54,443 nucleotides of DNA from assembly GCA_028288925.1 (NCBI GenBank), contig JAQGHG010000002.1:1-54443 (forward strand), in the 5' to 3' direction. Below the pieces are notes generated by a model. It made no database searches. It was not told where the DNA came from and was given only the letters and a program-made list of their open reading frames with translations. Positions 34,508 through 41,808 of this stretch are shown piece after piece; the first letter of the stretch is position 1, and each line of letters begins with the position of its first letter. The stretch is from Patescibacteria group bacterium. GTDB lineage: Bacteria; Patescibacteriota; Saccharimonadia; UBA4664. The translations under genes and the position numbers were made by a program.

Positions 34508-35212
34508 GTGTCTATGAACGAAGAGCAGGCTAAGACTTGGGTCAAGGATAAGACCAACCAGGACAAAGTGGTGGCTCAGTTCTTTGATGCCCATAAGCCT
34601 CTTAAGAATAAAGTTGCTCTCTTCATGGCTGGTATTCCAGGCGCCGGTAAGACCGAATTTAGTGATAATACCATTCGGGAATCGGCTCCAAGCTTCATAT
34701 CTATTGAGCATGACAAGCTCGTCGAATTTATTGATGGGTATACACCTGAAACGTACTATAACTATCGCAAAGCAGGCAGTGTGCTTGTTACGCGAATTTT
34801 TGATGAATGTTTAAAAAACGGGTACACGTTTGTTTTCGATGGAACGTTATCGAGTGAGAACGGTATTAGAAATATTAATAAATGCCTGAAGAAGGGTTAT
34901 CGAGCTATTATTGTTTATCTTGTTCAAGATGCACAAAAGGCTTGGGAACTCACACAAGCTCGTGAATTAGTAAAAAAGCGCTCAATTGAGCGAAAAGGAT
35001 TTCTCGAGACGTGCAATAAAATCAATGTTAATCTGCTTGAGATCTTTCAGGTACATAAGGACAATCCTAATTTTGAATTCTGGCTTATCAATAAGCAGGG
35101 TGAGCCAGATATGAAAAAAGCTACCGTGATTCTTCATACTCCTGAGCTGCGGAAAACTGAAGAAATAGAGTCCGCGCTGAAAATAGGCTATAATATTGAC
35201 ATAGGAAATTAG
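34508..35212 (+). CDS. zeta-toxin-like P-loop kinase
   Basis: 234 aa. Walker A GIPGAGKT, then FVFDGTLSS (compare the zeta/PezT IIEGT(L/F)R block). ATG 34514 lies 7 nt after TATACT (34501-34506), so the transcript is probably leaderless. Confidence 0.7.
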   Translation: MSMNEEQAKTWVKDKTNQDKVVAQFFDAHKPLKNKVALFMAGIPGAGKTEFSDNTIRESAPSFISIEHDKLVEFIDGYTPETYYNYRKAGSVLVTRIFDECLKNGYTFVFDGTLSSENGIRNINKCLKKGYRAIIVYLVQDAQKAWELTQARELVKKRSIERKGFLETCNKINVNLLEIFQVHKDNPNFEFWLINKQGEPDMKKATVILHTPELRKTEEIESALKIGYNIDIGN

Positions 35213-35214
35213 AT

Positions 35215-35376
35215 ATGGAGCTTAGTTTAACTCGAGAACAAAAGGATTATCTTAACGCGCACGGGCCTCTCAACGCCCCGACGCTTCAACGTGTCTATAA
35301 AAAATCGGTTGAGGATCAGCAGGAAATGCTGAAGCGGGCTGAGAAGATTCGAGATCAGCGAGCGAAGAAAAAGTAG
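35215..35376 (+). CDS. 53-aa hypothetical protein immediately downstream of the zeta-like gene
   Basis: ATG 35215 lies 2 nt after the zeta stop. Translation MELSLTREQKDYLNAHGPLNAPTLQRVYKKSVEDQQEMLKRAEKIRDQRAKKK, with TAG at 35374-35376. Below the ORF-track cut-off. Confidence 0.4.
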   Translation: MELSLTREQKDYLNAHGPLNAPTLQRVYKKSVEDQQEMLKRAEKIRDQRAKKK

Positions 35377-35396
35377 TTTACGCTAAAGTTGACCTT

Positions 35397-35423
35397 AAAA
35401 AAGACACCTACGATGTCTTTTTT
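35397..35423. terminator. bidirectional terminator between convergent island genes
   Basis: AAAAAAGACA-CCTACGA-TGTCTTTTTT forms a perfect 10-bp stem with A/T runs on both sides. Confidence 0.75.
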
Positions 35424-35445
35424 AAGCGGGTTTGCGGCGTGAGTA

Positions 35446-35964
35446 TTAATCGTTAAGGTGCGCGATAGCATAGTCCGCTTCGGCCGCAGCGAACTTTTCG
35501 CCGCTGGCAGACGTTAGCTGGTCGTGGATTGCGGCTGGCGACATGTTCATAGTACTTTGGTAGCTCTTTGCCTTGTTTAGGGCATTTGCGTTCCAGTCGG
35601 CCTTCATATTGTCGATTGCGTATTGTGCGGCTGCTGCTGAGAATTTCTCACCGTAATCTGAGGTCAGCTGGTCGTATACGCCTTGTTTGGACATGTGCAT
35701 CGTAGTGGCGTATGAAGCGGCTTTTGATAGTGCAGATTTGTACTCGGCAGGTATCTTAGGCTGCTCAGCCTTAGGAGTCGGCGTGGGTGTGGGCTTGGGG
35801 CTGGCGCTTGCAGATTGCTGGGTTGATGCGGTTTGAGCTGTACTCGTCTTTTTGTCGCCTCCGCCTAAAGCATTGCTAATCATGGCAAGCCCAATAAAGA
35901 TGAGTATCCCGGTCCACACCTTATGACGTTTAACCCAGCTCTTCTTTTCGGTTTCCTCAGCCAT
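35446..35964 (-). CDS. membrane-anchored protein with two Ltp-type (PF07553-like) repeats
   Basis: 172 aa. TM VWTGILIFIGLAMISNAL and a Pro/Thr linker. Two repeats follow: YKSALSKAASYATTMHMSKQGVYDQLTSDYGEKFSAAAAQYAIDNM and ALNKAKSYQSTMNMSPAAIHDQLTSASGEKFAAAEADYAIAHL. Confidence 0.75.
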   Translation of the reverse strand: MAEETEKKSWVKRHKVWTGILIFIGLAMISNALGGGDKKTSTAQTASTQQSASASPKPTPTPTPKAEQPKIPAEYKSALSKAASYATTMHMSKQGVYDQLTSDYGEKFSAAAAQYAIDNMKADWNANALNKAKSYQSTMNMSPAAIHDQLTSASGEKFAAAEADYAIAHLND

Positions 35965-36006
35965 TTTTACGCTCCTTCACATACTTATGCCAGTATCTTG
36001 CGGTAT

Positions 36007-36168
36007 TTAGTGCAGCTTGCCAAGGCTAAGCGTGATAGCAAGCACAAAGTAGCGCTTAGATGAGCGTGGGCGGTAGTAATGTAAACCCGCCCAAGCCTTG
36101 CCGATCCTGAACGTGCTCTGGACGCTGGTGACAACTTGCTTGGTCATGGGGAGCTGCTTTTGGGGCAT
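36007..36168 (-). pseudogene. possible remnant of an IS5/IS4-type DDE transposase C-terminus
   Basis: 53-codon ORF MPQKQLPMTKQVVTSVQSTFRIGKAWAGLHYYRPRSSKRYFVLAITLSLGKLH. It is reminiscent of the conserved transposase tail E..F..lK.wR.iatRYdK....f...v.La. No upstream catalytic part is present. Confidence 0.3.
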
Positions 36169-36234
36169 TATAGATCAGTGGGCGACTGCGGTTTGTAGGC
36201 TATAGGCAAGTAGGAGTCGTGCTATCTTAAAGTT

Positions 36235-37209
36235 ATGAGCTTCACTCAAGCGCAGTTATTCGCCAAAGTCTGGAATCATGATGGGAAGATATTCGATAAA
36301 GTTGCGCCAAAAGTCTGTATGTATGGAGGGGATTCATGTCGACCAGCTATTTGGTCCCACTCCCTAGGACAATCGAATTACCTTGATCCGATTTCCGAAG
36401 ACGGTCACGCAATACAGATTGTTCCGACTTCCAGGAGCTATCCGCCGGTCTTTGGGCCAGAAGCAATCGGTATGAGGCGGCTGTCTACCTTCTACGGATT
36501 TTGCCAAGAGCACGATTCTTCAATTTTTGATCTGATAGATCGACCCATTGATACATTTAACGCAGAATTTGCGTTTCTGTTCGCCTTTCGTAATGCGGCT
36601 CGCGAACTATGGTATGAGCAAACCGCCCTTAATTTCTTTAAATTTTCACTGAAAGATGATCCATCTGATGAGGTTAAGCCAGCGGTATTTTTATCAGGCA
36701 GGGCTCGTGTATTTTGGCTTCAGCAAGTTGTTAACCAATCAAAAATATGCAAAGACAGAGAAGAGATTTTTGCGAGGCTAAAACAGCTTTACGACAAGAG
36801 GGAATACACTTCCACTAAACACATCCTCTATTATATTCCGGTTGAGGTGCCGATTGTTTCGGCGGGCATACAACATTCGGCTGATATTTCTGCTGGGGCT
36901 GAAAATCTACGACTCCATGATTCTATGAGCTTTACTCTTTTCTCTCGGGATGGCTTTACATACATGATGCTTTCACATCTTGATGGTTCCGGGGATACAT
37001 TTGATTCACTTTGTAATACCGCCAACCAGGTTGATACGGGTATGTTTATGACTAATATGATCGCCGGTTTTGAGACAACTGTGGTACGACCATCATATTG
37101 GTTGAGTCTAGGCGAGGAAATTAGGAAAGAATTTATTGGGTTATGTCGGGCAAAAGCGATGCGAACTACGGATAAGCTTTTCCATAGCCCTCAACTAACT
37201 ATTTTTTGA
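36235..37209 (+). CDS. hypothetical protein with an N-terminal Cys/His cluster
   Basis: 324 aa, AT-rich codon usage. C-x6-C (CMYGGDSC), then WSHSLGQSNYL..DGH, then FYGFCQEHDSSIFDLID. No family name can be assigned from memory. Confidence 0.6.
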   Translation: MSFTQAQLFAKVWNHDGKIFDKVAPKVCMYGGDSCRPAIWSHSLGQSNYLDPISEDGHAIQIVPTSRSYPPVFGPEAIGMRRLSTFYGFCQEHDSSIFDLIDRPIDTFNAEFAFLFAFRNAARELWYEQTALNFFKFSLKDDPSDEVKPAVFLSGRARVFWLQQVVNQSKICKDREEIFARLKQLYDKREYTSTKHILYYIPVEVPIVSAGIQHSADISAGAENLRLHDSMSFTLFSRDGFTYMMLSHLDGSGDTFDSLCNTANQVDTGMFMTNMIAGFETTVVRPSYWLSLGEEIRKEFIGLCRAKAMRTTDKLFHSPQLTIF

Positions 37210-37286
37210 CCGGTAGGAGGTGTAGTCGACGTCGCTGGTGGGTATGTGCGGTATGTGGGCGGTTGATGAGGCAGACGTGAAACTTA

Positions 37287-38381
37287 TCAGTCTAGCGGCG
37301 GGAGTGTATTGTCGAGCCTTTGTGCATTAGAGCTGGCTAACACTCTCCCCACGGATGTTATTTGTATAGACTGGTCTTTTAGTAAGTTCCACCACTCACG
37401 AAGCTGTTGAAGATTTTGGTGTTCGTCGATCTTGTGCACAAACTCTTCTTTGGGTATGCTGCTGCCGTCATATAGATCATATATTTTGGTTAAGGCTTCC
37501 ATCTCTTTATTGGTAAGTGGTCTAGTATGCGAGGTTTTTCCATCTTTTGGATTAGTCATAGCCTGTAACCTGCTGATTGCCGATTTGTCCCTCACATCGA
37601 GCTTAAAATAATCCTCTGATGCTGAGCTTGCTATTAATATGGTTTGATCGAGCTTGCTGTCTTTTAATAACTTTTTTGCCTCGCTTAAAGCTTCAGAATC
37701 TTTAGGCATGCCGTTCTTAACGCAGCCGTCAAACATCTCGTACCAATAATCTTCTAATAGCTTAGTCCCCCCAAGAGAAGATATTCTTACTGAATCCAGG
37801 ATGTCCAAGTGGTCTAGCCACTCCGCACCGGTTGGTAGGTTGCCATCAAGTAATTTACCAAAAAGGCCGTCTAATGTTTTTAGACCGATGTCTATTTTTC
37901 CAGTTATCGGAACGAAGTTGCTTACCGCATGAAGTACCGTTAGCCCAAGCAGAGCTTCATCTGAGACTTGGTCAACAATTTCAACCGCCCGAGATATGCC
38001 AGCTCGAACACTTCTGTGGGCGCCTTTTTTGAAACGGTGCAACATGAGCTCTGCCAGTAGGTCATAGTCATGCTCGCGCTCCGTAGAGGCGGCACGTTTT
38101 TGAGCTTCCACTAATAAGATTTGAAACGATGGATCGGCGAACGCAGATAACGCACTTTCCTTGACCATTTTGCCTATCAGTTTACTGCCGAATTTTTCAC
38201 TTCTGCCTCTAGCAATGCTAGCAGCCTCTGCGGTGAAGTCATTCAACGCAAGCACCAATTTCTCATCAACAATTTCTCGCACTCTTTTTTCATTAATACC
38301 GACAACGAACGTCTCAACCTGTATTTGTTGAGCATTATTCCCGGCTTTTTGACTACTTTTGCCTGTCATTGATCTCGCCAA
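37287..38381 (-). CDS. LPO_1073/Vpar_1526-like (defence-island-associated) protein
   Basis: 364 aa. N-terminus ..SSQKAGNNAQQIQVETFVVGINEKRVREIVDEKL.. and AASTEREHDYDLLAELMLHRF..AVEIVDQVSDEALLGLTVLHAVS match my recollection of this family. TTG start, or ATG four codons later. Confidence 0.5.
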   Translation of the reverse strand: MARSMTGKSSQKAGNNAQQIQVETFVVGINEKRVREIVDEKLVLALNDFTAEAASIARGRSEKFGSKLIGKMVKESALSAFADPSFQILLVEAQKRAASTEREHDYDLLAELMLHRFKKGAHRSVRAGISRAVEIVDQVSDEALLGLTVLHAVSNFVPITGKIDIGLKTLDGLFGKLLDGNLPTGAEWLDHLDILDSVRISSLGGTKLLEDYWYEMFDGCVKNGMPKDSEALSEAKKLLKDSKLDQTILIASSASEDYFKLDVRDKSAISRLQAMTNPKDGKTSHTRPLTNKEMEALTKIYDLYDGSSIPKEEFVHKIDEHQNLQQLREWWNLLKDQSIQITSVGRVLASSNAQRLDNTLPPLD

Positions 38382-38541
38382 TCTGGATCTGGCTAGAGTT
38401 TTGTCCTGCTTTTTGTTTTTGGTTTATTGTCTTTCTAATACCAATTTTATATCCAGCAGTGCCACCAATTAATGCACCGATTAACACTGATATCATCGCG
38501 GCGCCAATACCGTCAAATGCCCACCTAAGAAATTCGTTCAT
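38353..38541 (-). CDS. 62-aa TM protein, possibly the detached N-terminus of 37287-38381
   Basis: TM GIGAAMISVLIGALIGGTAGY, then ..QKQKAGQNSSQIQIGEI.., which repeats the AG-N--QIQ motif of the downstream gene. The two ORFs overlap by 29 nt in frames offset by one, next to A5 runs. Confidence 0.45.
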   Translation of the reverse strand: MNEFLRWAFDGIGAAMISVLIGALIGGTAGYKIGIRKTINQKQKAGQNSSQIQIGEINDRQK

Positions 38542-38617
38542 TATTATATTGTAAGCTAAATATTCATTAATGTCCGTAAATGTGGTATCGTATTCTTACA
38601 ATTAAAGCTAAGAGCAT

Positions 38618-38813
38618 TGCGCCAAAAAGCGCATAAGCGGCTATCAACCGCGAAGCTGCGGGAAGAAATCGCGAGAGCGAGATTAGAACCCGACGGGAGG
38701 CCCGTAACAGCCATAAATGAAGCGCCGAAGAAGCAATTCTTTCGGAAATCGGATGGTACCTCCCTGCCCAGGGATCCGATGGACGGAAGAATTTTTGTAT
38801 TTAAGGAGCCCCC
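38618..38813 (+). promoter_or_regulatory. T-box riboswitch leader of ileS (Ile specifier)
   Basis: T-box core AAAUCGGAUGGUACCUCC at 38746-38763 (consensus AANNNGGGUGGUACCGCG). Antiterminator-type fold: CGGA 38750-53 pairs with UCCG 38775-78, with the 7-nt bulge UGGUACC at 38754-60 and upper helix UCCCU/AGGGA closed by a GCCC loop. A stem III-like hairpin with a GCAA tetraloop lies at 38725-38745. AUC followed by A sits in a 7-nt loop closed by GCGG/CCGC at 38637-38651. SD AAGGAG at 38803-08. Confidence 0.6.
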
Positions 38814-41753
38814 ATGAAAAAAGCCCAACCCGCCGATTTTCCCGCCTTTGAAGCCGATATGCTCAAGGTGTGGGACGAAGAGAAGACGTTCGAGAAGAGT
38901 CTGGAGAACCGCCAAGGCGCCAAGCGGTTTAGTTTTTATGATGGGCCGCCCTTTGCCAATGGTTTGCCGCATTATGGCCATGTGCTGGGGCTGACGATTA
39001 AGGACTCAATGACGCGCTACAAGACGATGCGGGGCTACTACGTGCCGCGTCGCAATGGCTGGGACACGCACGGCTTGCCGGTGGAGTACGAGATCGAGAA
39101 GCAGCTGGGTATCTCGGGCAAGCGCCAGATCGTGGAGATGGGCGTGGAGAAGTTTAATGAGGCGGCGAAGGCGAGCGTCTTTAAATACAAGGCCGAGTGG
39201 CAGACGCTGCAGCGGCGGATCGGGCGCTGGGCCGACCAGGAGAATTCCTACGCTACGATGGACGACACGTACATCGAGAGCGTGTGGTGGGCGCTCAAGA
39301 ACCTGCACGAGAAGGGCTTGGTGTACCGGGGTTTCCGTTCGAACCCGTATTGCCCGCGGTGTGCGACGCCTCTGAGCAACTTCGAGGTCAACCAGAATTA
39401 TAAGGACAATGTGCCGGACCCGAGCGTGTACGTGAAGCTTGCGGTGGTAGGGGAGCAGGGTACGAGCCTGCTGGCCTGGACGACGACGCCCTGGACACTG
39501 CCGGCGAACTCGGCTTTGGCGGTGGACGAGAAGGCCGACTACGTGACCGTGGAGTTGCTGGACGATGGTGATTCGTGGAAGAAGGGCGAGAAGTTGGTAT
39601 TGGCCAAGGCCCGCTTGGACGAATTAACCCTTCGCAAGGCCGAATATAAGGTGGTGAAGACACAGAAGGGCTCTGAGCTTGTGGGTACGCGCTATACGCC
39701 GCTGTATGACGGCTTGATGGGTGATTTGACTCCGGAAGAGCGCAAAGCCGTGCACACGGTGTACGTGGACGAATCGGTGAGTCTGGAAGACGGCACCGGC
39801 ATCCTGCACGTGGCGCCGCGCTACGGCGAGACCGACCTGGCGCTGGGCCAGCGGGTGGGATTGCCACTACTGGAGAGCGTAGACGGTAACGGTGTGATGG
39901 TAGAGGCTTTCAAGGACGTGGCCGGGCTGGAATCTATCGCCGGGGTGTTCTTTAAGGAGGCTGATGAGCACATTGTCGCTGATCTGACGCGCCAGGGGGC
40001 GGTGTTCGCGGCCGAGACATTTGAGCACACCTATCCCTTCTGCTGGCGCTGCGACACGCCGTTGCTGTACTTCGCGATGCCGAGCTGGTTTATTAAAGTT
40101 TCATCGTTTCGGGACCGGCTGGTGGCCAACAACGAGAAGATTAATTGGACGCCGGGGCACATCAAGACCGGCCGGTTTGGCAACTGGCTGGCCGAGGCGC
40201 GCGATTGGAACTTCTCGCGCAACCGGTTCTGGGGCGCGCCGCTGCCGATCTGGGTGAACGAGGAGGATCCGGAAGACATCATCGTGCTTGGTTCTACCGA
40301 TGAGCTGCGTGAGCTCTCGGGCCACACGGGCGACTTTGACCTGCACCGGCCGGGGATCGATAACGTGGTGATCGAGCGCGACGGCAAGCGCTACAAGCGT
40401 ACCGAAGAGGTGTTTGACTGCTGGTTTGAGAGCGGCTCGATGCCGTACGCGCAGGATCATTACCCCTTTGAGGGCAAAGAGAACTTCGCCGAGGCTTTCC
40501 CGGCCGAATTTATCGCCGAGGGGTTGGACCAGACGCGCGGGTGGTTTTATACCCTGCACGTGCTGGGTACAGCACTGTTTGACAAGCCGGCTTTCAAAAA
40601 TGTCGTGGTGAACGGCATGGTGCTGGCGGCCGATGGCAAGAAGCTCAGTAAACGCCTGCGGAACTACCCGGAGCCGAGCGAGATCTTCGAGGGTACGGGG
40701 GCGGATAGTCTGCGGCTCTTCCTGATGAGCAGCCCGGTGGTGAACGGCGAGGATGTGCGGTTTAGCTACGACGCCGTGAATGAGGTGAAGCGCAACGTCT
40801 TTATGACGCTATGGAACACGTATTCGTTCCTCTCGATGTACGCTGAGATTGATAAGTGGCAGCCGCCTAAGAGCTTAGTGGAGCCGAAATCTGACAATCT
40901 GCTGGACCGCTGGCTGTTGAGCCGGCTCAATGAGACGATGGCCGAGATGACCAAGCAGGCCGATGATTACCAGATCGCGCGGGCAGTGCGGCCGTTGCGG
41001 GAGCTCGTTGAAGATTTATCCAACTGGTATGTGCGACGTTCCAGGCGGCGGTTCTGGAAGAGTGACGATGATGGTGACAAACAGATGGCATATGTAACTT
41101 TGCACTATGTGCTCTGTAGAATTGCACAACTCTTGGCGCCCTGGAGCCCGTTTGTGTCGGATAAGCTGTGGCGCGAGCTGACTGTGGGCATGGATGTGCC
41201 GGCGTCGGTGCACCTGAGCGATTGGCCGGAGGCAGGCAAGGTGGACAGCGCACTCATGCTGCAGATGTCCCAGGCTCGTGAGTTTGTAAACCAAGGGCTG
41301 GGCGCCCGGGCTGAGGCGAAGATCAAGGTTCGTCAGCCGTTGCGCGAGTTTACAATCCGAGTTTCCCAGGAGCTGTTGCCGCAAATGTTAGAGATCATTG
41401 CGGAAGAAGTGAATGTCAAAACAGTGAGCCAAGAGGTTGTGGGGACTTCTCCTGCTCATGACTCGACACTAGATATTGAAATTACGCCCGAGCTGAAGGC
41501 CGAAGGCATGATGCGCGATGTTGTGCGACACGTGCAAAACGCGCGCAAACAGTCGGGGCTACAGGTGGAGGACCGGATCGTGTTGACGCTCCAGACCGAT
41601 TCGAAGGAATTGGCGGCGGCGATCGGTGCGCATGCCGGGCTGATTAAGGCCGAGACATTAGCTAAGGAGCTGAAGACCGAGGGCGCCGCCGACCAGGTGC
41701 CGGCCAAGGTGAACGGCGAAGAGTTGTACATTGGTGTGGAGAAGATTGGCTAG
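38814..41753 (+). CDS. ileS: isoleucine--tRNA ligase
   Basis: 979 aa. HIGH-type motif PHYGH, KMSKS-type motif KKLSKRL, and a CP1 editing insertion. Confidence 0.95.
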   Translation: MKKAQPADFPAFEADMLKVWDEEKTFEKSLENRQGAKRFSFYDGPPFANGLPHYGHVLGLTIKDSMTRYKTMRGYYVPRRNGWDTHGLPVEYEIEKQLGISGKRQIVEMGVEKFNEAAKASVFKYKAEWQTLQRRIGRWADQENSYATMDDTYIESVWWALKNLHEKGLVYRGFRSNPYCPRCATPLSNFEVNQNYKDNVPDPSVYVKLAVVGEQGTSLLAWTTTPWTLPANSALAVDEKADYVTVELLDDGDSWKKGEKLVLAKARLDELTLRKAEYKVVKTQKGSELVGTRYTPLYDGLMGDLTPEERKAVHTVYVDESVSLEDGTGILHVAPRYGETDLALGQRVGLPLLESVDGNGVMVEAFKDVAGLESIAGVFFKEADEHIVADLTRQGAVFAAETFEHTYPFCWRCDTPLLYFAMPSWFIKVSSFRDRLVANNEKINWTPGHIKTGRFGNWLAEARDWNFSRNRFWGAPLPIWVNEEDPEDIIVLGSTDELRELSGHTGDFDLHRPGIDNVVIERDGKRYKRTEEVFDCWFESGSMPYAQDHYPFEGKENFAEAFPAEFIAEGLDQTRGWFYTLHVLGTALFDKPAFKNVVVNGMVLAADGKKLSKRLRNYPEPSEIFEGTGADSLRLFLMSSPVVNGEDVRFSYDAVNEVKRNVFMTLWNTYSFLSMYAEIDKWQPPKSLVEPKSDNLLDRWLLSRLNETMAEMTKQADDYQIARAVRPLRELVEDLSNWYVRRSRRRFWKSDDDGDKQMAYVTLHYVLCRIAQLLAPWSPFVSDKLWRELTVGMDVPASVHLSDWPEAGKVDSALMLQMSQAREFVNQGLGARAEAKIKVRQPLREFTIRVSQELLPQMLEIIAEEVNVKTVSQEVVGTSPAHDSTLDIEITPELKAEGMMRDVVRHVQNARKQSGLQVEDRIVLTLQTDSKELAAAIGAHAGLIKAETLAKELKTEGAADQVPAKVNGEELYIGVEKIG

Positions 41754-41808
41754 TTCGAGGGGACGGCGCCGGGTCGCCCGCGGCGGGCCGATACGATAAG
41801 ATAGAATC

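Larger units (their letters stand above)
34440..38560. other. AT-rich accessory island inserted between the RibD_C genes and the ileS leader
   Basis: There is an abrupt composition change. A hand count gives 22/60 G+C at 34801-34860 versus 39/60 at 33601-33660. The content is zeta-toxin-like, Ltp-like, an IS remnant, orphan genes and an LPO_1073-like gene. No integrase, tRNA or convincing flanking direct repeats. Confidence 0.7.

Noticed and set aside
34481-38587. ATGTGGTA at 34481-34488 and 38580-38587 as possible att-type direct repeats flanking the island
   Set aside because: The match is only 8 nt, with no integrase or tRNA nearby. Both copies sit next to -10-like elements, so they are more likely promoter-context similarity.
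38556-38981. ORFs 38556-38981 (-) and 38617-38817 (+) across the ileS leader
   Set aside because: The region folds into a T-box leader (UGGUACC bulge, stem III, specifier loop), and the minus ORF runs into ileS. A non-coding interpretation is preferred.
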